A stretch of DNA of 13,801 nucleotides from a virus (lineage: Duplodnaviria > Heunggongvirae > Uroviricota > Caudoviricetes): the IMG/VR virus record IMGVR_UViG_2534681759_000013; one strand, 5' to 3'. Position numbers and translations under genes: made by a program. The notes under the pieces are model-generated. The model saw nothing but the letters and a program-made list of their open reading frames with translations, ran no database searches and was not told the origin of the DNA. Shown here in pieces: positions 1 to 6,941 of this stretch (position 1 is its first letter; each line of letters begins with the position of its first letter).

Positions 1-288
1 TTACCGCCGCAGCCGTTCCGGCTTCTTCCACTGGTAAGTATTTTTCGCGCTCTCCCTCCGTTGTTGAGAACGGCGACGGTATGCCAGCAACTCAAGGACT
101 CTTGTTCGTATGTTGCGCATATCCACGCCGTTAAGCTCAATACCGTCACGGAGCATCACCTCAGCCACCACACGCGCGTAATTTTCAGCGGTGACTGTAT
201 CCGGCTGCGCGGCCTGTTCGTCAGCCAACTGGCTGATTCCACCAGCACAGCGGATTAATCGCAGTATTTCAGATTCGGTCATTATCAT
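1..288 (-). CDS. hypothetical protein (95 aa), last gene of the left packaging module
   Basis: Complete ORF in the six-frame track (ATG at 288..286, TAA at 3..1). Its start overlaps the stop of the upstream Nu1-like gene (stop 287..285), indicating translational coupling. GC-rich backbone-type composition. No motif I can name. Confidence 0.45.
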   Translation of the reverse strand: MIMTESEILRLIRCAGGISQLADEQAAQPDTVTAENYARVVAEVMLRDGIELNGVDMRNIRTRVLELLAYRRRSQQRRESAKNTYQWKKPERLRR

Positions 289-770
289 GCCTGTTTTGCG
301 ACCTCATTCACTACGTCATTTTTTACCATCCGGCTGATAATCTGATTACGCAAATCGTCAATAATTGACTGCACTCTGTTTACTGCCATCGGTTTAAGCC
401 CGGCATCACGTGCCAGAATATTGGGGAGTTTTGCCAGTTCCTCGCTTACGATTTCCCCCCATATAGCCATCTCTTTTCGCACATCATCGGCGGGTATGAG
501 TTGCGCCGTTTCCTGTTCGAACCTGAGGCGCTCACGTTCGGACTGATACCAGGCCTTACGGTCATGTGGCTCCATTTCTTCCAGTGATGCCGGAACGGGA
601 AGATCAAGAAAACAGGTCAGAATGTCAGTCACCCGATAGAGTTTTAGCTTGTCATGCCCTCCGGCTGGCTGGATGTTTTTCAGCCTTGCCGCCGCAGTCT
701 GACGACATATTCCCGCTATCGCCGCCAGTTGATTAATGTTCAGCATCAGATTTTTCAGTTCTCGATCCAT
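285..770 (-). CDS. Nu1-like small terminase subunit / DNA-packaging protein (N-terminal HTH)
   Basis: The track ORF 285..857 starts at a TTG; the first ATG is residue 30 (MDRELKNL...), giving 285..770 by codon arithmetic. The N-terminus (LMLNINQLAAIAGICRQTAAARLKN...KLYRVTD) resembles the winged-HTH cosB-binding domain of lambda Nu1 as I remember it. The gene lies directly downstream, on the same strand, of a cos-like site, as in lambdoid phages. A satellite Rpp-like TerS-interacting protein cannot be excluded. Confidence 0.6.
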   Translation of the reverse strand: MDRELKNLMLNINQLAAIAGICRQTAAARLKNIQPAGGHDKLKLYRVTDILTCFLDLPVPASLEEMEPHDRKAWYQSERERLRFEQETAQLIPADDVRKEMAIWGEIVSEELAKLPNILARDAGLKPMAVNRVQSIIDDLRNQIISRMVKNDVVNEVAKQA

Positions 771-949
771 ACCCGCTCCAGAATGTTTTAAACATGCATC
801 TTGCGAACAACTTTCAGAAGAGGTCAAAAAATGCGCTATATGTTGAGCATAAAACAAGCAAAATTAACATGCTAAAAATAAAAATACTTAAAATTCAATA
901 CAATGGAAAGATGATGATGACGAATGAAAATGCAAAAACTAGCCTTTTT

Positions 950-969
950 CCGCGCCGCTCCCGCCCCGT
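950..969 (-). other. cosN-like cohesive-end site, left module (diverged copy)
   Basis: The minus strand reads CCACGGGGCGGGAGCGGCGCGGAAAAAGGC, resembling the lambda cosN region (..TTACGGGGCGGCGACCTCGCGGGTTTTCGC..) as recalled from memory. It sits between the capsid-gene terminator and the Nu1-like gene, and the same block recurs at 4583..4608. Confidence 0.4.
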
Positions 970-996
970 GGCAGGTCACTACACCGGGAGGACCCG

Positions 997-1020
997 CAAA
1001 AAAAGGCGGCTATCGCCGCC
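997..1020 (-). terminator. rho-independent terminator after the left capsid gene
   Basis: On the minus strand, GGCGGC-GATA-GCCGCC forms a perfect 6-bp GC stem followed by a T7 run, beginning 8 nt after the capsid stop codon (1030..1028). Confidence 0.55.
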
Positions 1021-1027
1021 CTTGTTG

Positions 1028-2647
1028 TCATGCTCCACTCGATTTCAGTAATCCGCGATAGTCGAGGGCCGCGACACCTGCATCTATGCGCACCTTCCAG
1101 GCGACGCCATCAACAGTAAATCCCTCCTGCTCCTCAAGATATGGCGTATCAATACCATCAAGATAAGCGACCTCTATCGTGTCCATCCCCTTCGCCGCTG
1201 CCACATACCACTCCTTGTTATTGGCTTTATCAAGACGCGGCTCGACGATAACCTCTGCCATATCTTTCACCACGTTAATGATGCCGGGGTTCTGATTGAT
1301 AGTGCCTCCACCATCAATCGGAAAGAGTGATGACGATGACAGAATGGCGCGATGTGCGGCAGACTCCAGCGCAGCAGGGACCAGAACAAAAGCGGGGGTA
1401 ATATTCAGGGAGTCGCCGTTGCCATCCTCCTGTAATCGCATCAGCTTACGGGCTTCGTTAAGCCCCTCCATGTCCATATCCTTCGCAATAAGATTTTTAT
1501 GATCGGCATGGAATAACGCTTTACCATCCGTAAATTTGCCGTTGCTGGTTAACAGAAGATAAACCAGATTACCTACTGTTCTGGCGGCCGCACGCCCCAT
1601 CGCCATGGGGATTGTAGTTAACTGGGTCAGGTCATCGTTGATAATGGCCTGACGGGTAACAGAAAAAATATTACCGTATGTGGCCAGCGCAATAGGTACA
1701 CCTTTATCGCTGGTGGTGATGTATTTATATTCCGCACCTTCCGGTACTTTATCCAGCTTTGAAAAACCATTCAGACCAACGCGCTTTGCTTCATGAAAGT
1801 TTGAAAGCGATCCGGTACACGTCCATTTCTGGAACGTTTCGCCGCTGTCCTGCCAGCCTTTCAGCACTGATTTTTCAGCACCACCAGCCAGAATATGAGA
1901 AAAATCGCTGCTGCTGTGTGTGAAAGCTGCATTAACGACCTGCGAGCGATTTAAAAAATTGCCAACACTGATACCACGATCAGTTAGTGATGCCTGGGCC
2001 ATTTCAAAAAGGCTCATCATCGCGTAAGGATTTCCCCGCTCTGGGCGTTCATACCCGAGACGAGAATAAAGCCCCTGACGAATTGCATCGCCTGTTATGT
2101 TCCCGTTACCGGCATAAATATGAGTCGGGATATTTTTATTGGATGGCGTGGACTCGCGCCCCAGCTCGTTCAACAACTTTTCACGGGCCATCTCCGGTGT
2201 ACATGATGCATCCTCCAGGCACGCCATTTTGATCCCGTCGTAACGACTGCCGAACAGGCTAAACACTTCACTTATTCCGTTGATGCGCTTCTGTTCATTA
2301 CCAGCAATATTTGCCGCTCCCTGTGGCGGTGTAATCATTCCTTTAATGGTTTCCGGCATATGTAAAAAATCTCCTGTGCGTTTCGATTCAATTCGCGCCA
2401 TTACTCTGACGGATGGCAACAATTCATCAGCAAAACCGTGCTTAAGGCATTCTTTCCCATCCATCCAGGTTTCATCCTCCAGCATGGCGGTAATTTCCTG
2501 TGCTGATTTGCCCGTTTTTCTGGCATAAGCAGGGATTAACACGGTTTCCACCTTATCCAGCAAATCAGCATAATCACGCATATCGCCAGCATTTCCGCCA
2601 GAGATCCCCCACGGTTTATGGATCATCATGCAATACATTGAAATCAT
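1028..2647 (-). CDS. major capsid protein (Mu gpT-like) paralog, 5'-truncated: retains only the distal part of the ClpP-like protease region
   Basis: 539-aa ORF, about 80% identical by eye to residues ~103-638 of the 638-aa protein at 4671..6587. It begins MISMYCMMIHKPWGISGG, so it keeps the ClpP-type His motif (MIHKP) but lacks the upstream ~100 codons that carry the Ser motif GLAASMA. Sequence upstream of 2647 is unrelated to the paralog. An internal ATG at 2638 has a better-spaced AGGA. Confidence 0.6.
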   Translation of the reverse strand: MISMYCMMIHKPWGISGGNAGDMRDYADLLDKVETVLIPAYARKTGKSAQEITAMLEDETWMDGKECLKHGFADELLPSVRVMARIESKRTGDFLHMPETIKGMITPPQGAANIAGNEQKRINGISEVFSLFGSRYDGIKMACLEDASCTPEMAREKLLNELGRESTPSNKNIPTHIYAGNGNITGDAIRQGLYSRLGYERPERGNPYAMMSLFEMAQASLTDRGISVGNFLNRSQVVNAAFTHSSSDFSHILAGGAEKSVLKGWQDSGETFQKWTCTGSLSNFHEAKRVGLNGFSKLDKVPEGAEYKYITTSDKGVPIALATYGNIFSVTRQAIINDDLTQLTTIPMAMGRAAARTVGNLVYLLLTSNGKFTDGKALFHADHKNLIAKDMDMEGLNEARKLMRLQEDGNGDSLNITPAFVLVPAALESAAHRAILSSSSLFPIDGGGTINQNPGIINVVKDMAEVIVEPRLDKANNKEWYVAAAKGMDTIEVAYLDGIDTPYLEEQEGFTVDGVAWKVRIDAGVAALDYRGLLKSSGA

Positions 2648-2696
2648 CCTACTGATAAATAAGATTAAAAATCACAATACAGATACGTTTGAGCTT

Positions 2697-2721
2697 CATT
2701 GCAATACGCATTGCAATACAC
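2697..2721. repeat. tandem ATTGCAAT palindromes (CATTGCAATACGCATTGCAATACAC); second copy at 12779..12801
   Basis: Two copies of the self-complementary octamer ATTGCAAT at 2698..2705 and 2710..2717, 12 bp apart. About 21 of 23 positions match the block immediately upstream of the integrase start codon. Confidence 0.5.
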
Positions 2722-2870
2722 GGTTGCTGGGTGATTTCAAAAGATGAATGCTGCGAAGGATGGAAATTTGGGAACTAGGTGGTGAATAGCACAACAAAAA
2801 ATCAGAATTCTACTAGCTTAAAATGATGCAAAAAGCATTCGTGGCATCGCAAGCGCTGTACAATTCGTTC

Positions 2871-2876
2871 TATAAT
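2871..2876 (+). promoter_or_regulatory. candidate -10 hexamer (TATAAT) for plus-strand transcription into cargo cassette 1
   Basis: Exact TATAAT in the 420-bp intergenic region, about 45 bp upstream of a strong-SD short ORF and about 195 bp upstream of the 3070 start. No convincing -35 identified. Confidence 0.25.
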
Positions 2877-3069
2877 GAAGAAAATTTCTAACAGACTTTA
2901 TCATTCAAAGGTGGAGGAGATGACAGCAATGCAACATGCATCACGCTCATACTTGAATTGTAAAGCTATCGTTAGAATCACAGCCTTTTTGTTCCGCTGA
3001 TCTAACGATAAAACTAGTGGTAAAAGGTATATTTTTTAATTTTTCAGACGCTGGCGCGGGGTAATTAAA

Positions 3070-3372
3070 ATGAAATTTGTAAATATACGGTCATCCGAGT
3101 TGCCTGAAATAGATACCTTTGTAAAAGAATGTATCAACCAAGGACAATGGACTCTTTTCAAGGCCGAGAAGGGTGCAGTTAATGATAATAAAGTTGCTTT
3201 TTTTCTAAAGGCTGGCAAAGATTTCTTTGCATTAAATAACAGAGGAAGTGTTATCTCTGTATTTCAATCATTAGATTATAATCTTGAAATGAATGAGGTA
3301 ATTCATTTTTCAGATATTCCTAAACCTGAATCGTTGAGCAATATTGCTAGCTTAGGATTTGCTAGAGTTTAA
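3070..3372 (+). CDS. hypothetical small protein (100 aa), first gene of AT-rich cargo cassette 1
   Basis: Track ORF with ATG at 3070 preceded by GGGG about 10 nt upstream. AT-rich codon usage (many K/N/I/F) distinct from the backbone. An 18-bp gap separates it from the next gene on the same strand. No recognisable motif. Confidence 0.55.
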   Translation: MKFVNIRSSELPEIDTFVKECINQGQWTLFKAEKGAVNDNKVAFFLKAGKDFFALNNRGSVISVFQSLDYNLEMNEVIHFSDIPKPESLSNIASLGFARV

Positions 3373-3390
3373 TATATAAGGATATGTACG

Positions 3391-4281
3391 ATGGGATTAA
3401 TATCTGGAAATACACATTGGGTATTATTTTTACCTTGTGAGCACCAACCAGAAGATCGCCATGTTCAAGATTTAGTTCATGGCGTCTTTTGCTTAGAATC
3501 CTCAGGTATACAGCCATCTAATATTAGCATATATATTGATGGCCAAAATAGAGCCAACTTTAATAAGTTAATTTCGATTGCAACCCAACATAATTATACT
3601 ATCAAGCCTACATCTGAATTTTTCACCGACTGCGATACAAATAGTTATGAAAATCTAGTTATGTTTGTGACCGGACACGGAAGTATGAATGGTTTGGACT
3701 CTGCGCCGATCATAACCCCATACCGTTTATTGGACAGGTTAAAAAACACTCCTGTTCTCAAGCAAGCAATCGTTTATCTTGGTCAATGTTTCGCTGGTGT
3801 TTTCAACTACTTACCTGCTGGGCAGCGTAAGAGAGGTGAAGATGCCGACCCCGATGTCATTCTTATCGGGGCTACGAGTCTTCATGAAAGTTTGAGTAAT
3901 CCAACAACGGAAAATATTAATGGTATAGATTTTCCTTGGGTTGCAAATCAATTTTTATATCATGTATTTAAGTGGATATCATCCCCGAATGATATCGATG
4001 GGGATGGAAAACATACAGTAATTGACTCTTATAAGTATGCTGGAATCTCATCAAACATGACCAATCGTAGAATGAAGATAGGTTCTTTTGTAGCTTCGGT
4101 AGACTTGCATGAGCAATGGAATACTGCAAAAAAAGATCATGAAGCTAACTTGGCTGATCCACAAAAACTACTCCGTTATAGAGCATTAGATCAGCAATAC
4201 TATGAAAAACTGAACATTAACTATATTCATCAAGAGTGCTGGATATTAAATTCTGTACCTGCACAATCTGTTGAATTCTAA
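3391..4281 (+). CDS. caspase-like (clan CD) cysteine peptidase-like protein with EF-hand-like Ca-binding loop
   Basis: 296 aa. A hydrophobic strand followed by His-Gly (LVMFVTGHGS, H96; codon 3676..3678) and a second hydrophobic strand followed by Cys (AIVYLGQCFAG, C133; codon 3787..3789) match the His/Cys dyad layout of caspase/metacaspase/legumain-type peptidases. DIDGDGKHTVID (residues 201-212, nt 3991..4026) fits the DxDxDGxhxxxD/E EF-hand loop pattern. AAGGA RBS 8-12 nt upstream of the ATG. Confidence 0.6.
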   Translation: MGLISGNTHWVLFLPCEHQPEDRHVQDLVHGVFCLESSGIQPSNISIYIDGQNRANFNKLISIATQHNYTIKPTSEFFTDCDTNSYENLVMFVTGHGSMNGLDSAPIITPYRLLDRLKNTPVLKQAIVYLGQCFAGVFNYLPAGQRKRGEDADPDVILIGATSLHESLSNPTTENINGIDFPWVANQFLYHVFKWISSPNDIDGDGKHTVIDSYKYAGISSNMTNRRMKIGSFVASVDLHEQWNTAKKDHEANLADPQKLLRYRALDQQYYEKLNINYIHQECWILNSVPAQSVEF

Positions 4282-4285
4282 TCCT

Positions 4286-4453
4286 TTACTTTTTTGAATA
4301 GATTGCTGCAAGTGCCGTTTTGAGGTCGTAATTTCGGCACTTGCAACTGCAACCAGAAATAGGGCGAACGTTTGACAAACGTTTAGCTATAGTCTGCCGA
4401 TGAAATCCAGTCACTTCCGCCAACTCACTTAAATTTAGAACTATCTTTTTCAT
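4286..4453 (-). CDS. short Nu1-like HTH DNA-binding protein (55 aa); apparently a truncated small-terminase gene
   Basis: Not in the ORF track (below its length cut-off); found by hand translation: MKKIVLNLSELAEVTGFHRQTIAKRLSNVRPISGCSCKCRNYDLKTALAAIYSKK. AAGGG SD 5-6 nt upstream of ATG 4453..4451, TAA at 4288..4286. It aligns across its whole length to the N-terminal HTH region of the 285..770 protein. It lies downstream of the cos-like site, and its stop is 4 bp from the convergent stop of the 3391..4281 gene. Confidence 0.5.
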   Translation of the reverse strand: MKKIVLNLSELAEVTGFHRQTIAKRLSNVRPISGCSCKCRNYDLKTALAAIYSKK

Positions 4454-4582
4454 CATAATTACCCTTCAGATGTCGAACAAATAACATACAATCCATCATC
4501 TTTTCCACTTTTATAAAGTTTTACCTAATAAAATTCAGTTAGTTAGCGAATGATGATGATGTCTATAAAATTCAAAAACTAG

Positions 4583-4608
4583 CCGTTTCCCGCGATGCCG
4601 CCGCCCCG
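4583..4608 (-). other. lambda-like cosN cohesive-end site of the satellite
   Basis: The minus strand reads CCTGCCACGGGGCGGCGGCATCGCGGGAAACGGCTAGTTTTTGAATTTTAT. Against lambda cos as recalled (CAGGTTACGGGGCGGCGACCTCGCGGGTTTTCGCTATTTATGAAAATTTT), the 11-mer ACGGGGCGGCG and the 7-mer TCGCGGG are identical and the flank is similar. It is followed about 140 bp later by the Nu1-like HTH gene on the same strand. Confidence 0.5.
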
Positions 4609-4634
4609 TGGCAGGCATCCCCGCCGGGAGTACC

Positions 4635-4662
4635 TTTTAAAAAAGGGCAGCATCTGCCGCCC
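4635..4662 (-). terminator. rho-independent terminator after the protease-capsid gene
   Basis: On the minus strand, GGGCGGC-AGAT-GCTGCCC forms a 7-bp stem (one G-U pair) followed by TTTTTT, 8 nt after the capsid stop (4673..4671). Homologous in position and form to 997..1020. Confidence 0.55.
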
Positions 4663-4670
4663 TCCTGTCG

Positions 4671-6587
4671 TCATGCCGCCCCGCTCGACTTCACCATGCC
4701 CCGATAATCCAGCGCCGCCACGCCAGCATCGATACGCACCTTCCATGCAATACCGTCCACAGTGAAGCCCTCCTGCTGTTCCAGATACGGCACGTCCATT
4801 CCATCCAGATATGCCACCTCGATAGTGTCGGTGCCTTGCGCTGCAGTGACGTACCACTCCTTGTTGTTGGCCTTGTCCAGTCGCGGCTCAACCACTACCT
4901 GCGCCATATCCTTCACGACGTTGATAATGCCTGGGTTCTGGTTCAGCATACCGTTCTGGTCTACCGGGAACAGCGAAGATGATGACAGCACAGCTCGATT
5001 GGCTGCGCCTTCCAGCGCGGCAGGTACAAGGATATAGGCTGGGATAACATTAATAGGATCGCCGTTCGCATCCTCCTGCAGACGCATAGCCTTACGGGCC
5101 TCATTGAGTCCGTCTGTATCCATCCCTTTAGCGATGAGGTTTTTATGGTCGGCGTGGAACAACGCTTTACCATCTGTGAATTTGCTGTTGGCGGTCAGTT
5201 GCAGGTAGACCAGATTGCCAACCGTTCGTGCGGCGGCACGCCCCATTGCCTGTGGAATGGTCGTGAGCTGGCTCAGGTCATCGTTGATAATGGCCTGGCG
5301 TGTAACAGAGAAGATGTTTCCATAGGTGGCCAGCGCGATCGGCACACCGCTGTCGCTGGTAGTGACATATTTGTATTCAGCACCTTCCGGGACTTTATCC
5401 AGTTCTGAAAAACCATTCAGACCGACACGTTTAGCCTCATGGAAATTCGACAGAGAACCGGTCTTTGTCCACTGCTGGAAAGTTTCCCCGCTGTTCTGCC
5501 AGCCAGTCAGCACCGACTTTTCAGCACCACCAGCCAGGATATGAGAGAAATCACTGGTGCTGTGCGTAAATGCCAGGTTCACGATCTGCGAGCGATTCCC
5601 GAAACCACTGACGCTGATACCACGATCCACCAGCGAAGCCTGCGCCATTTCAAACAGACTCATCATGGCGTAAGGGTTTCCCCTTTCGGCGCGTTCGTGA
5701 CCCAGACGGGCAAAAAGCCCCTGGCGGATAGCATCGCCGGTAATGTTGCCGTTACCTGCGTAAATGTGCGCGTTACTGGTTTTATCCGATGGGGTCGAGG
5801 TCTTACCCAGTGCCGTCAGCAGCATGTCTTTTGCTTTTTCAGGCGTGCAATCCACATCCTCCAGACACTGCATCTTGAGAGAATCATGCTTGCCGCCGAA
5901 CATGGCAAACAGATCCTTAATCTCGTTGATGCGGTTCTGTTCCGGTACAGCGCTACTGGTGGAACCTTTCGGGCTGGTGATCATCCCTTTAATTTCTTTT
6001 GGCATATGCTCAAAATCCTCAATTCGTTTTGACTCAATACAGGCCATTGCCCTGACGGCGGGTAACAATTCGTCAGCAAAACCCTGCGCTACACATTCGC
6101 GGCCATCCATCCATGTTTCATCCTCCAGCATTTCCGCCAGTGATTCGGCTGATTTACCCGTTTTGCGTGCATATGCCGGGATCAAGACACTTTCGACTTT
6201 ATCCAGAAGTTCGGCGTAGTCGCGCATGTCGTTGGCGTTCCCACCAGAGATTCCCCACGGTTTGTGAATCATCATGAGTGCGTTTTCGGGCATAACGATA
6301 CGGTCGCCAGCCATTGCAATAACTGACGCCATAGACGCGGCGAGACCGTCGATCTGCACTGTAATTTTTGCCGGGTGTTTATTCAGAAGGTTATAGATAG
6401 CGATGCCGTCAAAAACATCGCCACCGGGTGAATGAATGTGCAGGCTGATATGGGAGATATCGCCTAGGGCTTTCAGGTCTTCGGAGAACTGCTGCGCCGT
6501 AATACCCCAGCCGCCGATCTCTTCGTAGATGCTGATATTGGCGCTGGTGCCATCGCTGGCCGCTTTGATGGTGTACCAGCCTTTCAT
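4671..6587 (-). CDS. ClpP-like prohead protease fused to major capsid protein (Mu gpT-like)
   Basis: 638-aa ORF. The N-terminal ~180 aa carry ClpP/S49-type motifs (GLAASMASVIAMAGD with Ser85; MMIHKPWGISGG with His108). The C-terminal ~450 aa resemble Mu-like major head subunits as I recall them. The start ATG (6587..6585) overlaps the stop of the upstream small gene (ATGA). Confidence 0.85.
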   Translation of the reverse strand: MKGWYTIKAASDGTSANISIYEEIGGWGITAQQFSEDLKALGDISHISLHIHSPGGDVFDGIAIYNLLNKHPAKITVQIDGLAASMASVIAMAGDRIVMPENALMMIHKPWGISGGNANDMRDYAELLDKVESVLIPAYARKTGKSAESLAEMLEDETWMDGRECVAQGFADELLPAVRAMACIESKRIEDFEHMPKEIKGMITSPKGSTSSAVPEQNRINEIKDLFAMFGGKHDSLKMQCLEDVDCTPEKAKDMLLTALGKTSTPSDKTSNAHIYAGNGNITGDAIRQGLFARLGHERAERGNPYAMMSLFEMAQASLVDRGISVSGFGNRSQIVNLAFTHSTSDFSHILAGGAEKSVLTGWQNSGETFQQWTKTGSLSNFHEAKRVGLNGFSELDKVPEGAEYKYVTTSDSGVPIALATYGNIFSVTRQAIINDDLSQLTTIPQAMGRAAARTVGNLVYLQLTANSKFTDGKALFHADHKNLIAKGMDTDGLNEARKAMRLQEDANGDPINVIPAYILVPAALEGAANRAVLSSSSLFPVDQNGMLNQNPGIINVVKDMAQVVVEPRLDKANNKEWYVTAAQGTDTIEVAYLDGMDVPYLEQQEGFTVDGIAWKVRIDAGVAALDYRGMVKSSGAA

Positions 6588-6796
6588 TTTTCACCTTCCG
6601 TTACAGCGAAGCCATTTTCATCAAGCCATGCGTTGACTGCGTGCCGGACTACCTGTGCCACTCCGGGCAATGGCTGGACAGGAAGATTTTTCAGATGATC
6701 GTTGCGGTATTGCTTAAGGCGTACAACGGTTTGCGCGTCCAGATGTACGGAGCCGCCTTTAGTCTCGCCAGTGTTTAAATCGTTAATGTCACTCAT
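6584..6796 (-). CDS. hypothetical small protein (70 aa) translationally coupled to the protease-capsid gene
   Basis: The track ORF 6584..6844 starts at an alternative codon; the internal ATG at 6796 (MSDINDLNTGETKGG...) has AGAGGA 5 nt upstream. Its stop overlaps the capsid start. Confidence 0.5.
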   Translation of the reverse strand: MSDINDLNTGETKGGSVHLDAQTVVRLKQYRNDHLKNLPVQPLPGVAQVVRHAVNAWLDENGFAVTEGEK

Positions 6797-6941
6797 GATG
6801 TCCTCTACTGTATAAGTAAACAGGTTATGATGATTGATCACCAAAAGTGGTAAGTGAACAATTTTTTATCTGAAAAATAGATTTATGATGAAAAAAAATT
6901 TTTGTATGGTCTTAGATTGGAATAAACAGAAAGGTTAAAAA

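Noticed and set aside
285-857. Full 190-aa version of the Nu1-like ORF starting at TTG 857
   Set aside because: The N-terminal 29 residues precede the first ATG and extend into the cos-proximal leader; the ATG at 770 gives a protein whose N-terminus begins right at the HTH, as in Nu1. The longer form is not excluded.
794-1051. 85-aa plus-strand ORF
   Set aside because: It spans the terS leader, cos-like block and terminator hairpin, has an AT-rich low-complexity N-terminus and no RBS; a regulatory region read as an ORF.
1296-2528. Plus-strand ORFs of 68-82 aa (1296..1502, 1987..2232, 2280..2528) inside the left capsid paralog
   Set aside because: Antisense to a long conserved coding region; no start context.
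3036-3218. 60-aa minus-strand ORF and the internal plus-strand ORF 10661..10843
   Set aside because: Short alternative-frame ORFs within AT-rich cargo genes, where stop-poor frames arise by chance; each overlaps a better-supported gene.
4307-4345. Perfect 11-bp inverted repeat TGCAAGTGCCG / CGGCACTTGCA with 17-nt loop, initially read as a terminator for cassette 1
   Set aside because: It lies inside the hand-translated 55-aa HTH ORF (4286..4453) and has no adjacent U-run on either strand. The palindrome AACGTTTGACAAACGTT nearby is also inside that ORF.
5439-6219. Plus-strand ORFs of 151-197 aa (5439..6032, 5764..6219) and several shorter ones inside the capsid gene
   Set aside because: They lie entirely antisense within a well-supported 638-aa minus-strand gene, have no RBS, and are typical GC-rich antisense frame artefacts.
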